Below, in pieces: positions 43,315 through 58,894 of a stretch of 64,000 nt of DNA (position 1 is the stretch's first letter; each line of letters starts with the position of its first letter). Under the pieces are notes generated by a model. It was given only the letters and a program-made list of their open reading frames with translations. It was not told where the DNA came from and made no database searches. A program made the position numbers and the translations under genes. The stretch is from the human T2T-CHM13v2.0 reference genome, Homo sapiens, in assembly GCF_009914755.1 (NCBI RefSeq), contig NC_060927.1; one strand, given 5' to 3'.

Positions 43315-44658
43315 CTGTCATGGTTGTAGCAGCATACACATGACCTCTGTTTTAGAAGGCCTTTTGCTGCCGTCTTCTTCTATTTGACTCCCTCTGCTTA
43401 CTCTTCAGATTTCAGTTTAAGAGTCATTTTAGTGGGTGAAACAATCTCCCTAGAAGCACTAGAAGCACTTTTTCTCTGGTCTCAAGTGCTTGTCACATTT
43501 GTTACTTTCATGTTTATGTTTCTTTGTATTGTCAAGCATCAAAGGTGTCTTCCTCAATGAACTGTAATCTGTTTGCACTCAGCATTTCATCCCCAGCATT
43601 TAGCATAGCTTCTGGCACATAATAGAATATCAATCAGTATTTCTTAAAAGTATAAGTAAAAATTACTCATCATTTCAACTTACCAGTCCACCCCCAAAAT
43701 TCTTACATTTCTGATTTCTCCAGTTCTGATAGCATTAGCATCATCTCCCAAACGCCAGTCCCAAATTTTCAGATTTACTTGGCTTCTGTCTTTCTCTCTT
43801 GGTATCACCCCTGATTGTTTGCCAGGTGCCATGGATTCTGCCTCTAGAGCATATCGTCCTATAAACTTTCTCAATGCCATTACTGCTCTTCCCTGGTGCA
43901 GGGAGGTGCTCCCCATCCTGTCCCTGCGCTATTACAAAATCACCCACCTGGATTCCACATATAATCTCTTCTTGTATCAATCTTTCTTTTTGTCTTCCAA
44001 AAATAATGTTCTTGTTGCTCCTATCATCAAAACGATTTTAGGGTACCAACTGTGTGTCTATTCAATACAGTATCTGGCATTTAGGTTCTCTATGATCTTG
44101 ATTCGATGAACGTTTACCCAATTATTTCTAAACATTCTCTTTTTACAGATTATATTCCAATCAAACTGAAATATTTTGTGTGCTCAATACATGCCTTGCA
44201 TTTATCACTTCTAGGACTTTCTCTGTACAACTTCTTCCCTATGGATTCCTGTCCTTCAAGCACAAATTCTACTTCCTCCATGGTCTTTTCTGATTCTTTC
44301 AGACAGACATAGCTCCCTCAAATGAAACACTACAAAACTTTTCACCATATAGTAGCTTGAGTTCATGGCTTATTTCCTTTTCTGGACTATTTTCTTGCAA
44401 TCCAGGATTCTTTCTTATTTATCATTGTGTAGACTACAGTGTTTAACACCAGGAATTTGGACACAAATGATGTTCAAGAGATAGTTCCATTAATTGCTTC
44501 ATTTATTTCTTTATTTTTCCTATGTACATTTAATCTATGAGTGATAAATACTTTCTTATGTATTTTATATTCTTTCAGTTTTTCCATATATTTTTTGAAA
44601 AGGGAGCCAAGAAATAACATTTTATGAAGCATGTCTCTTTTGCCTTTTAAGTGTTTCA

Positions 44659-44790
44659 GGCTGGGCACTGGGACTCACGCTGATAAATCTCAGCACTTTT
44701 AGAGGCTGAGACAGGAGGTTTGCTTGAGGCCAGGAGTTCCAGACCAGCCTGGCCAACAGAGTGAGACCCCGTCTATGCAAAAGAATTTTA
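44659..44790 (+). mobile_element. Free left Alu monomer (FLAM or AluJ fragment)
   Basis: Single monomer GGCTGGGCAC..GAGACCCCGTCT followed by A-rich sequence. Confidence 0.8.
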
Positions 44791-46244
44791 AAAAAGAAGA
44801 GTACTTCATTTTTCCCCAAAATCAACAAAGTCATAAGAGTAGGATTTTTAAAGTATTTTTTGGGAACAATGAGCATAAATACTTGTTAAAATGTACACTT
44901 TTTTATACTCAAAGATGACATGAAATTCATAAACTGGTAAAAGACTGGAAAAAGATAAAATTTATCTAATTAGTAGCACATATGATAGCATGAATATAAT
45001 AGCCCTGGAAAACTTTAAGTGGTTTTTACTACAACAGTTATATTCCTACTGTTCCTTGAGGGCATTAAACATCGCTGTTACTGACATTTTAAGCCAGGAC
45101 AACTCACTATAGTATTCAGTTCCGTGCTAGTCAACCTAGAAACTGTAATTTTGAATTGCTAACAATACAGATGTTTTCCTCTTTTCTGAAAAGCGTACTA
45201 ACCTTAAATGAAAACATAGTATTTTTAACAATTATACCTATGCTTTACCAAATGCCTTGCACAAATTTTTTGGTGAGACTCGTCTATATTTTAAAGTAGC
45301 CTTTATTTTCCATTTTAAATATTCTTTCTGCATAAACCATATAAGCATTACATTTTTTTACTACACAGATTTTTTTACCTTAAATGTCTTTTAAATACTT
45401 CATTGCTCCAAGCCATATGCACACACCCATATTTCAGTGTGATTAGTAAAGTGCACACAGTATAAAAGAGTTGTAGATTAAAAGGAGAATGTAAAAGTAT
45501 AGAGTATAAAGTTTAAATACCATCTCTAAAGAATCTACACGTATAAAAATCATGTTGGTAAAACCACAAACCAACCAATGCCTGGAAATCTTTCCTTTTC
45601 AAATTTCAAGGCTTTTCCAAACAGAGTTTTAAAACACTTAAGGCCTTTCTGTGAAGTAAATTTAATGTGCATATGTGCATACATGGAAGTGCTTAAAAAT
45701 AAAATAATCCCATCTGTGGACCATTTTAAAATTTAACTCTTGTGGTCATAGGACCTAGAGTGAATGTCATCTTTCAAAATTGAGGTGTGCTAAGGAGACA
45801 AGCTATTATCTCTCAAGATACCTTGGTATGTGGCAAAGGATAGTTATTCACTTAAAATGAAATTACAATAAAGAAATCCTATTCTTTATGTTAACATAAA
45901 CATTGCGTTTGTGTTAACATAAGTTAAACATATATTTGTTAATTTATTCTCCCTTAAGTGAAGGAAACAAGATAACAATAATGAGATAAAAAGCATTATT
46001 TAAAACAGTGACGATCAGTAAAATGTTGATGAAAAGACTCTATTTTAATAATGGCTGAATTGAGTTACTGGAATATCTTATTCTTTAATAATTGCAGCAG
46101 TGATAATTATTACTATTATTGTTATTTCTATATTTGGCAGCATTTTATACCTTCTATGTTTTAGTTTATGAAATTTATGGAAGTTATTTTGTGGTATACA
46201 AGTTTGCCTTGAGTATGACAGGTAACTCACATTTTGAACTTAAC

Positions 46245-46470
46245 GTGTGACTATTTAATAGGTACCATGCATTATGTAAAGTATTTTACTTGTATTTTCT
46301 CAGTTAATTCTTCAATTCTTACAACGTCTCTATGTGGTAGGTATTGTTATCTCAATCTAAAGAATTGGTGTTTAGAAAATTAAGTAGTTTGCCCAAATCA
46401 CATATCTGCTAAGGAGCAGACTCGGATTCAGACACAGGCCTGATTCCAGAGCCCATCCTTTTAATTTCTC
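46245..46470 (-). mobile_element. MIR
   Basis: TTCTTACAAC..CTATGTGGTAGGTATTGTTATC..TTAAGTAGTTTGCCCAA..TTCCAGAGCCC. Confidence 0.65.
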
Positions 46471-46719
46471 ACAATACAAACTTCCTAAACGGGGACATTC
46501 TGAGCTAAGACTGTCACAACATTTAATCCTAACAACAATGACATGATGCAGAAAATGCTGCCTGTGACTTAAACATTAAAATTGCAACACAGATAAATTA
46601 ACTTGTGTCATTAACCTCAGCTAATGATTTTAAATTGAGGTCTATCTAAATTTAGAGCCCATGCTGTTTCACTATTCCGGTCCAATTGGACTTTCAGCAA
46701 GCATGGAAGTGATCTTTCT

Positions 46720-46878
46720 CTTTGGCTCTCCAATGAGATTGTCACTAGCCACATGTGACTATTGAACACTTGAAAGGTGGCTAATGCTACTGAGGAACTG
46801 CATCCTAAATTCTATTGAATTAAAATACAAATTTAAATGATACATATGGCTAATGGCTGCCAAACTGGACTGCACAGC
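46720..46878. mobile_element. MER3/MER33-like hAT element
   Basis: CACTAGCCACATGTGACTATTGAACACTTGAAA..GGCTA..ACTGAGGAACTG. Confidence 0.7.
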
Positions 46879-48702
46879 CATCACTGAACTTTCTTATTCT
46901 GACCTTATAAGCAACATATAAAGAGAACTTTATGAAAAATTGTTAAATGAGCTCACTTATTAAATTAACTCAATTTTAAATAAATTGTATTATTCCTCAT
47001 AAGTTAATCCTTTAACTCATTATAAACCAGAATTTCCAAGTAAAGTAACCCAGTGATTTATAATGCAGAACTCAAAAATTTTTCATTTGAAATTGTTGCT
47101 ATAATTTTTTTCCAGTTGCTTTACTTCTCTTTAACTTCCTGTCAAATTACCTAAAAATAAAAATTAAAAAATCAAACATTTAAAATCATGTTAGGAAAAT
47201 ATTTCTGCATACATCCTTGACAGCCTCCCCCTTTCGCTTTCTGTATCTAGAAAATGTGAACTCAGCATCTAATCTTTCTCTTTAAATCTGTTTTGTAGTT
47301 TCCTGGTTATGTTATGACATTCACAGATCAGTAAATCCCAATCTGGAGGAATAGGTGTCAGAAATGAGACAGTTAAGTCAAGATGGGATTGAGCTTAATG
47401 TCACAGTTCCTAGTCTGGGCAAACCCCAAGGCACAAACCTTTTACTTTTTCTCTCTTTCAGTAACATGAGAAAACAACCCCAATCTTACAAAATTAAATG
47501 TTTCCCCAGGCTAAGGTGTGCAGCAAAAGTTATTGGCAGGCAAGCTGCCTCAGTACAGCTTAAACTGCTTCTTAAGATGGAGGATTCTGAGGCAACCTCT
47601 TGTTCCATTACCTCTCCCAGCAGCCCTCCAACCCCCGCCCACACCTTTACCACACACATACACATTATAGGACCTCAGGCTACTTCTAAATGTTATTTAC
47701 ATTTTAGGATTAGTCTTAGAATTGTCTAGGATAATATCTGGTCTTCTGAGAATCATCAAATAAAACAACTTATCTTTAGCTTGTAGACTTGATACAGATC
47801 CTCCTTATGCTACTCTGTCTCTTCTTATCCTATTCTGCCTTTAGAATCCAGACAGTATGCTCAAAGTCAAATGATTAAGAAAAGCTATTGATCTATACTA
47901 ATGTATACTCATACCTGCTGAACAGTTTTTATCACACATATTTCCCTGATTTTTCTTAGAATCCAGGAATGTCAATGTAAAGTTTGATTCAAATGTAAAA
48001 TCACTCAGAGTAGTATTAACTCATTTTTCTTCATGGTTCAAAAACCAAGCACTTTTCTCCCTAACATAATCATTTCCTTTAGGTTTGTTTTTGTTTTTGT
48101 TTTTTTCCCCGGCTGCATTTTAAGATTAAGCAAAACTTTCACACTGTAGCTCATATATCAGCAGGATGGAAATGATTTAGAAATTGTTAGCCACATTTCT
48201 GGTCATGTACCTCTCTGGACTTCATGTGAATTTTATTATTAAATTAGATGTATTAGATGTAAACCTTATTGGTTTTCTGTTAGTGCCTGAATTGTAACTG
48301 TGTCTCTTGTATGCTGTGGCCTTGATCAAGTTGTTTTAATTCTCTTGTATTTGATTTTTAATCTGAAAAATGGTAATAGATGGGACTACTGTGAAGATTA
48401 TATGAGATAATCCATGTACTTAACATAGAGCTTGACATATTAGAAACGCTTAATAAATGATGTTAGTATCTTTCTATTGTTGTCCATGTAAATAGATGTA
48501 GGAGAATTGACTAAGTATTCATTTTGGTCTACATGTAGAGCCGTTTACAGTAATGGATGTTGAGTCTAAACCAGGGAGAATTTAAATTTACTAAAATGAG
48601 CAAGTTTGAAATGCTCTCTTAGTTCTGTAGTATTCTAATCCAAGGTAATAAAGAATATCAAATATTACTTATATGTGAAAATGGCTGAGAGCATCTATAA
48701 AG

Positions 48703-49134
48703 TGTCACGCACGTCTGAGTGAAGAGACCATCAAACAGGCTTTGTGTGAGCAACAGGGCTGTTTATTTCACCTGGGTGCAGGTGGGCTGAGTCCGAAAAG
48801 AGAGTCAGCAAAGGGTGGTGAGATTATCATTAGTTCTTATAGGTTTGGGGATAGGTGGTAGAATTAGGAGCAATGTTTTGAGGGCAGGGGGTGGATCTCA
48901 CATAGTACATTTTGAAGGGTTGGGGAGATTACAAAGAACCTTCTTAAGGGTGGGGGAGATTACAAAGTACATTGATCAGTTAGAGTGGGGCAGAAACAAA
49001 TCACCATGGTGGAATGTCATCAGTTAAGGCTATTTTCACTTCTTTTGTGGATCTTCGGTTGCTTCAGGCCATCTGGATGTATACGTGGAGACACAGGGGA
49101 TATGATGGCTTAGCTTGGGCTCAGAGGCCTGACA
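48703..49134 (-). mobile_element. HERV-H solo LTR (LTR7 family)
   Basis: Reverse complement starts TGTCAGGCCTCTGAGCCCAAGCTAAGCCATCATATCCCCTG and contains CCTATAAGAAC, GCACCCAGGTGAAATAAACAGC and TGGTCTCTTCAC; near-TSD TAAAG/CAAAG. Confidence 0.93.
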
Positions 49135-49558
49135 CAAAGAATCAAATCTGAAGACAGGATGCTAATGCCTGAAAACATAGTTTTTTCCCATTTTTAAAGA
49201 ATATTCAAACATAAATCAGAAATAATAACACTGATATTTCCTAAGGTTTTACCTGGAGTGAGTTAATACCAATTTGTATATTTTTAAGCCAGAAATAATG
49301 CTCAATGTATAGACCAAAAAAGGAAGTACTACTTTTTATTGATCAAATAAATTCTGCTTTCTTATTTTCTTTATTTTGTATTTGCTCAAGGAAAGCTACT
49401 TGGAGACTAAATAAAGAACAGAGTTGGGAGAGGTAAAGTACCAACTTCTTGACCACATGTGAGGAGTTCTTAGACTGGCCCTCCTGTGTGTATAGTTAGT
49501 TCTCAATTCACCACCATAATAAGGCCTGCTTTGGCATCATCTCTAAACTCAGAGATGA

Positions 49559-49930
<372 letters not shown>

Positions 49931-50589
49931 TAAAATTTATGCTTTCATCTTTTGAAAATACAGTCATAATGGTTCTATAAAATTTAAGACTGACTTGTTT
50001 ATTCTTATTTCCTGAAATAAAGCAGAAAGAAAGCAGTTTAAAAATATATCAAAATAAAAATGTAATTATAAAAGGATAATATTTATTATTTCTATTTTAA
50101 TACTGATTTACTATGTTGTGAGCATTTGGACACATAGTGTATGTCAGCAATCACAAGTTATTCAAAACACAGTCAAAAATAACACAGCAAAACATTTTGA
50201 TAAGACTTGAAAATATGATTGAAAGCAATAAAATGCATTTCAAGACTAACATAATAACTTATTCAAAAAATCAAAATTAAATTTTCACTGGATCAGAACT
50301 TTTAATGGATCAAAGTCCTATCTGAGTTATCTTTTATAGGAAAGTTTTAAAATGGCAATAAACCTATTTTTGCAAAGCATATGCTATATTAAGTGGCAAC
50401 TTTGTAGTATATTTGAGAATATCTGAAAGATGTCAAGAGAATAAATTATTGTCACTCAGGAAAGTTTGGCTGCATGCTTTTGTCTTAACTTTAAAAGTAA
50501 AATTTAAAAGAAATTGTCAAAATGTTAGATGTGGTTCTCAAGAATTGAAATAGGACACTACTAGTGTAATGTTTTGTTCCTTAGGGAAC

Positions 50590-51010
50590 TCTGGTTTTCA
50601 TTTGAGCCAATAAGGTATCCAGCTAAAAACAGACCCCCTTGCAGCTACAAGTGGCTATGTGACCCAGTACTAGACAGTGGGATGCAGGAGGAAGGCCTAG
50701 GCCATTTAATTAAAAAACGTAAAACTTGCTAAGACAAAGCACTTTTGCCATTTGCATTTTCTACTGCTTTCTGTCTAGAACACAGGATCAAGCTTGCAAC
50801 CATGAATATGAAAGACTATATGTTTAAGATGGTGGGAGCAGAAAAACAGGAGCCTGGGGAATTGACAACATCATGAATATGCTGCACCATTCTGGACCAC
50901 TGCAGTCAGATAACTCCTTATATGAGAAAAATGGGTAACCTACTGGATTAAGCACCTATAGGTCGTGTTCTCTGTTGAATGTAACCAAAAACAAACCTAA
51001 TTAATTCAAA
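50590..51010 (+). mobile_element. Old MaLR LTR fragment (MLT1-type)
   Basis: CCCTTGCAGCTA..GTGGCTATGTGACCCAGT, CTTGCAACCATGA, GGAGCCTGGG motifs. Confidence 0.45.
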
Positions 51011-52377
51011 ACTCTGTAGAATTACAAGTATTAGGAACCTTGATATTTGATTATTTGGTTAAGACCAATAAAAGAATGAAAGATGATAATATGTACAAAT
51101 GGAAAAGAAAAATAATATGTGTGTGTTCTCTTAAACATCTTCCAGTACAAGTTATAACTTCAGCAATTTTGAAAATTTTTAGTGATTCTAAAATAATGTG
51201 TTTTTAATGACCAAAAGCAGGCTGCTAATTCATCAAGTAAATAGTAAACTTGTTCCTACTTTGCTCAAATATGAAGCTGACTGATAGAAATCATCAAAGT
51301 CCTTGGGTTAAAATTGTTCAAATTAGAAGTATTGGTGTATAAAGAAAATTGACTTTTTACTAGGTTTGGTAATTATCCCTTCACATGATAGAAACATATG
51401 ATACAGCAATTGAATTTTTAGTGTTTGTGTTACAAGCAGTATTTGAAAACATTTACTAATCAACAAATTTATATATGAAAAAAGCAGGATTGACTATAAA
51501 AAGGAAAATTAATTATTGTTTCATGATACATCCAACATTACTTTTTAAAATAAAATATTTATTCTGTGATCTATATTTAAATACACACTACCTTTTGATA
51601 TTATATGTAAGTGAAAATTATCATTTCTAATGAAAAATTAGAGTGAGATTCAATTTCTACCATAAGAAAGTCCTTTCATAAAAAATATTCTGGAACATTT
51701 CCTGTGCCTATTTCCTCATGTATAATATAGTTACAAGAACATTTCTTAGCCCATAGAGTTGTTGAATTATATATATTAAGCACATCAAATAATATAATAT
51801 CTTTCTTAAAGTAAGCAAATATTAATAAAAGATTGTTATTATCATTGTTAGGGAGGTAGATATGATGATATAGCCACCAAAATTTACATTTTCCTTCTGT
51901 AATATTGAGTTTTTGCTGGGAAGTGGCTTCCTAGCCTGGGACTGTAAACTACTCTTGCAACACAATGGGTTGTGTGATTAGTTGTTGCTTGTGGAATGTG
52001 AGTGGCAGTGGTATACACGGTATCACTTCTGGGCAAATGTATTTACAAAGTATGTAGATGTACCTTCCCTATGCTCTTTTCTCCCATTTGTCAAATATAT
52101 GTGGAGGAGCTCCAAGACCTTATGAGATGAAGCGACAAAAGGAAAGAACCCTAGGTCCTTGAATCACCATATATTGGAAAGTCACTTACACAGGGATGAT
52201 TAACACCAGAATCAGAGTGTGACATAAGTAAGAAACAAAATTCTATGATGTGAAAAAACTACAATGTTAATGTTAACTTGTTATTTGTTAGTCAATTGTC
52301 TAAATGTTTTATAAGTGATTTAATAAAATTCATATCATATTTATCAGCTACACGAAGAGCAAAATTCTAATTTTTCT

Positions 52378-52671
<294 letters not shown>

Positions 52672-55600
52672 AAAATTCTAATTTTTCTATGGGTTTCTTA
52701 TGATATTCTGATATATATATATTTTCTAAATACATCTTAAAGTACATTTTAAGCTCATTACATTATTTCATCTATATTTGAAAATTTTATATTCTATGAA
52801 GTTCTCTTATCAAACCCAATTAATTTCTGTGGGTTTGAAACTTAATTATTGAAGCCAGAAAATACATTACAGAAGCTATTATAATTCAAGATATATTTTT
52901 TGCACAAGATGGTCATAATGAATATTTACAATTAAAAGGAGTATGTTCTAGTAATTGATATTCTACTAATTTTTCCAGAGGTCAGTATTCTGTTAATGTA
53001 AGTTGAACCATCTTTCAATTGGCATTTGCCTGAAGTCATATTGTCTGTGATTTTAGTTACGATATTATGACCAGAAACAATAGCTATTTTATTCATACAA
53101 ATGCTTATAATTTGATTTTAAAAATTCTGTAACCCTATTATTAAAAGCAAGATGGATACAATTTAAACCGTAGAAGTTGTGCTAGTATCAAGTATCTCAG
53201 TTTCCCTACCATTTAAAAAATAAAAGTAAAGAAATATTTAATCTGATATATTTTATGATATACTTAGATCCTTGAATGCAAGGGTACATATATGTATACA
53301 CTTCATACATATACACATAAATATGTCCACAGATATATTGTTTAATCTTCTATTTGACCCCTATACAGAGTATGCTTATAGAGATTATATAGTTTATTTG
53401 CCCAATTAAACCTTATTTATATACTTTTCCCGTTTCAAAACTAGCTCTGGACTCATATATGACCCTTGACACATGTGTGTCTGTGTTATGTGTTTATGCA
53501 TATGCATACATGGTTGTGCATTTGTAGACGGAAAAGGATAGATAAGGACCATTATTCAACATGTTTGGGTACTCATACTTCCTGGAGACACTTGTTATAG
53601 AGAAGTGAAAAACGCCAACCTCTGTCTTCATATATCTTAAAATATTAAAATATTTTTCTTTGAAAATAATTAGTGCTCATCTTAAAGGCATGGTGATATG
53701 ATTGGTTTTGGCACTAACAACTATTTCAGGATGTTTCATTCATATTGTTTTGAAAGAGTTAATGGTTAATGTTGTATTTACTCAAGGAAACAGATTTGCA
53801 ACCTGTCCAGTTGCTATGGGAACTACATTTTTATGTTCAATAAGTTAATCTATGTAAAAAAGGATAGAAACTGTAAATGATTACAGTAATATACATTTAT
53901 TAAATAAGACTTTGGAAAATACTAAAAAGTATAATACGTCACCCATAGTTCTTTCAACAAACACATATTCTGTTGCTATTTTGAGACCTTTCCCTTCTTT
54001 TTCACCCCACACATTTTTTTGCAACTGTAGTGTTGTTTGTATCATGTATGCATTTTTACATCACTGGTTTCCAGCTAACATTATATCATAGTTGTTTTCA
54101 TTAAAGCCATTACTTTAAAAAGAAACACACACACACACGGCACATAGGATTATCTATTCTTTTAATATCATTTTGCCATCTTGCATGTTAGTGCCTATGA
54201 AACAATCTGTGATAAAATGCATTTATATTCCTTCCCCAACTGTTCTTTATAACACATTTTTCTCTCACAAATTACCCTGTTCTTTAGTTCAGAATCCATT
54301 TCGCTCATTACCACTTATTATATTGCCATATATGGGCAAGTTTATACAAGGTTTCCTCATGGTTATCTGCCAGATTAACTTCTAACACAAACACCCTTTA
54401 GGAGAAATTATCTGTGGTGATTATGTTGCATCTCTATTGCTCTCTGCTTGCTCACATATCCCTCTCTATGATTGTTCTTTCTCCTTAAGCTCCAACTTTC
54501 ATTCATTTATTTATTTGGCAAATATTTACAGAGCACTTTTACATGCCAGGCAATGTGCTTGGCACTCGACCACCACAATGGTGAGCAGGGCACAATTTTT
54601 GACAGTCAATTACAAATAATATGAAAAGTGCTTATTTGTGTAAATAGAAGGTATTATGACAGAAAGAGTACAGGCAATCAGTTCTGTCTTTGGGGAATCG
54701 AGAATATCTTCCTTGAGAACATGGCTTTATCAGCTGTAATACTGCCAGCCCAGGATATGAGTACCTGGCCAGAAAAGGAAGACTTAGTTGTTATGAAGGA
54801 TTTCCTCAAATATTATTTTGGTAACTCAGGTAGATTCAGGAATGAAATATGCTACAACTGGAACAATGCAAGCTGTTAAGAAATGGGTAACCAAGTTCCA
54901 GCCAAAGAATTATCTTTAAAGTGGGGAAGGACCAAGGCAAACTCATTTTGCTACAGAGCTGCCTCAGATGACTGTCCCAATGGGTGGCCCAATGCATAGT
55001 ACCTAATGGGCATAGCAAGCCCCCATAAATGTAATATGTATATTGATATCAGGAGGTTTAGCCCAGTGGGTGAAGCAGTACTGCAGATAATTCTGAAGTG
55101 CAGGACATTAGGAGAACTTCCTATACACAGCAGATCTGTGGACAGAAAGTCCTGGAGGCAGGATCTAGATTTGGGAAAGGGCCCTGGTCTCTGGCTTTGA
55201 ATTCAGTAGGCCTTACTGTAAGACAGAGAAGCATTCGAGTAGAGTCGACATGCAATGGCATCTAAGGGAAGGAAACCCAGGCTGAAACTTTATGATATCC
55301 TGGGTCAACATGGAGTACAAGGAAGGCTGTGTTATTGGGAAGGTGACACACTTCAGGTACTAGCTACACTGAATTTGATTAGGTAGGTTTTTTTCTACCA
55401 AAATAAAGTATGCTTGCAGACACACTACATTATTTTCCTCCATTTGTAACCCTTCAAAATATAATTCTACACTATCAAGTTCCAGTAATATTTTCAGTAA
55501 AATGCTGTTAAATGATAAAGTACACGAGTAAAGAGGAAAACAAATAGAAAAGCATTGTCTGAGAAACACAAAGTCCCACAAAGAATCTAAATTTGGGAGT

Positions 55601-56524
55601 AGTGAAGAGGTCAGAATTTTTAAAAAATAAAGACTTTAAAAATTTAAGCAAACAATTTAAATTTTATTAAATTAGAAGAGTGGGCTATGTCTTAAACCAA
55701 GATGTCTTGGAGAAGCCTGAATCTTTGGATGTCAGCTTGTGGAGCTTCTGAGAATTAAGTGGCTAAGAAGAGTGGGGGCTCTACACTCTGTTATTTACAT
55801 TGCTTTGTCAGCTCTCTTAGTAGGTGCTAACTTTGTGGATTTATGACATTACAAGCTTGGAACTGACTAAATTTTTTGAAATGAATTCTCTCCCTAAGTT
55901 CCATTATGGTAAATAATTCCTGCTGATGGTCTTAAAATAAGAATCTGAGAAGGACACAAGAAATTCCCATAGACTATCTCAGGAATTTACTTGCTGACTC
56001 AAGAATCCCATTTTATTAAGCAATAGGCAGAGGCCTATATAGATGGTATCTATGACTCGTGTGAGTCGTCAAATGCAGGAACATCCTCAGACCAAAAATT
56101 TTCCCTGACTTTACAATCTTCTTAAAGTTCTTTATTTTATTATGCAGTTTATAAAGACCAAGTATTGAATTAATACATGTTCAACATAAAACATTTTGAA
56201 AGTACTGATTGTTAAGATGGAAGAAATATCCATCAATAATTTTACTGACTTTTTCATTTTACATGTCAAGGATCTAAGTGTTTTGGGAGCCTGTTTTCTC
56301 AAGATTTTAAAGCTCCCTGAGGCAGATCAGAGTATCTGAGACCCCTCCATTTTGGGGGGAACTCTTCCTTTGTTTATGAAATTCTTCAGAGAAATGCAAT
56401 GGAATTGAGATTGAGTTGACAGCAGGTGGAATTTTTTACTCTTGAGCCTTTAAAAGCCAGCATAGTTTCTAACCAAACTTGTATAATATTTAAGAAAAAG
56501 CCATTTCTAAAATTATGGCTCATT

Positions 56525-56806
56525 TTTATCTTAGGTAAAATAACTCAGAAACAGAAAGTCAAATACTGCATGTTCTCACTTATAAGCGGAAGCTAAATAA
56601 TGTGTATACGTGGACACAGATAGTGCAAAAATAGACACTGGACACTCAGAAATGTGGGAGGATATAGGGGTAGTTAGAAATGGGAAATTACCTAATGGGT
56701 ACAACGTACACTATTTGGGTAATGTTTACACTAAAAGCCCAGACTTCACAATATATCTGTGTATCAAAACTGCACTTGTACCCTTTAAATCTATACAAAT
56801 AAAATA
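56525..56806 (+). mobile_element. 5'-truncated LINE-1 (L1MA-like 3' UTR)
   Basis: CAAATACTGCATGTTCTCACTTATAAG..CACTAAAAGCCCAGACTTCAC..CTGCACTTGTACCC; flanked by TSD TAAAATTATGGCTCATT. Confidence 0.88.
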
Positions 56807-57420
56807 AAATTATGGCTCATTCATATGGTGGAGGAACACCAAGCTTGCAATATAAAAAGCAAAATGTAGTTCTTTTTTCATTAATATGAAATGATACTGA
56901 AGATATATTAAGTGCAAAGAAAATTAGACTGTAGAATAGGATATTTGTGTTAAAAAGATTATTGATAGATAGATAACATATAAACTTGTATATCTAAAGG
57001 ATTTTTTGAATAGAATATACAAAACACTAACAACTGATAACAGTCGTTTCTTCTTGGTGGGTTGGGGAAGAGAAAATTGGGGAAGCCATAAAAGATGAAG
57101 ACTGGGTGGCAGGATGGAAGGAAGAAAATTCTTATTTAATTTCCTTTATTCCATTTGATATTTTTTAGGTATTATGACCTAAAAAAATCTATTATTACCT
57201 AAAAAATTTATGTATATTTTTATTTTTATTAAAGCCTAGTTAAATAAACTTATCATTCCATATGCCTAATGAAATAGTATACATTTTAACACAAAATTAA
57301 CTTCTTTAGCAAGTTATTGTTTTGAGACACCCAAATCATTACTTTATATTGAACCTATGATTTAATACTCAGTTGTTTGCTCATTTTCAACACACAGCAT
57401 ATTTATGTAAATTGGGTCTC

Positions 57421-57730
57421 CACCAGGCACAGTGGCTCACACTTGTAATCCTAGCACTTTGGGAAGCAGATGCTGGCGGACAGCTTGAGCCCAGCAGTTT
57501 GAGACCAGCCTGGGCAGAATGATAAAATCCCATCTCTAACCACAACAACAAAAGTAGCTGGGTGTGGTGGCATGAACCTGTAGTCCCAGCTACATGGGAG
57601 GCTGAGGTGGGAGACTCACCTGAGCCCTGGAGGTCAGTCGAGGCTACAGTGAACTTTGATGGTGCCGCTGCACTCCAGCCTGGGTGATGGGAGTGAGATC
57701 CTATCATCTCAAAAAAAAAAAAAAAAAAAA
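57421..57730 (+). mobile_element. AluJ
   Basis: Diverged dimeric Alu with GCTTGAGCCCAG and GAGGCTACAGTG; pure A-tail. Confidence 0.9.
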
Positions 57731-58561
57731 GCCTATATGCTGTGATAGGGAATAGTGGTCTATCTATTCTTTCAGGGCAAAAGTTTCTTCAGGAAACTTT
57801 AAAGTTATTAATTAGGAATTCATAGCTTTGATAGAATTCTATATTGTAATAGCCTTTATCTATTTATTTTCCATTTCTTAGACTATTGGGTATTTAGATA
57901 AACGTCAATTCATCCTTCTCTTGCGCTGCCAAAAGAGAGGTCTCCTGGGAGTATCATCTGAGAAATGAAATCTGCCTAACCTGGAAAAAAAAAGTTGTGA
58001 CATACAATTTTATTACTTTGGGAAATGCAATATTTAATGCATGGGAATAGCTTCCCTATAGCAGTTGATGACATTGCCTACATGAATCAAGAGAGATGCA
58101 GAGAACATACAGTTGCTAATTTTTAATGCCCTGAAGAAAAATACAGCATTTTAAGACTTTATCTTCAGTCATGTAGATAATTGCAATTTAATTTTGAGTA
58201 ATTCTTAGATAATTCTTGATAATAGTCCATGAAAGTAGACTATTCATAAAATCTTAAGAGATTGGCCATTTTCTGGATTTATATATTTAAGAATACATTT
58301 CTCTTCTATTATTTCAATTCTTCTTATTTTAGAATCTGCAAAAAAGAGATCTTAACTATGAAAATTTTATCTTATTGTAGAATATATGTTGAAGTGTCAG
58401 AACCCAATGTTTCATTTGAAATATTACATGAGATTTGACAGAATAAAAATATGTCCTGGCACTGAGTAAGCAAATGAGAGGGAAGTGAAGGAGATTTGAC
58501 TGAAATAGTCTATCTTTTTGCTAAGAATTTTTTGTTTTATATTCCACCTCTAGCCTTTTAA

Positions 58562-58894
<333 letters not shown>

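Noticed and set aside
54800-55340. Possible degenerate LTR or exon cluster with short ORFs
   Set aside because: No recognisable protein, splice architecture or repeat termini.
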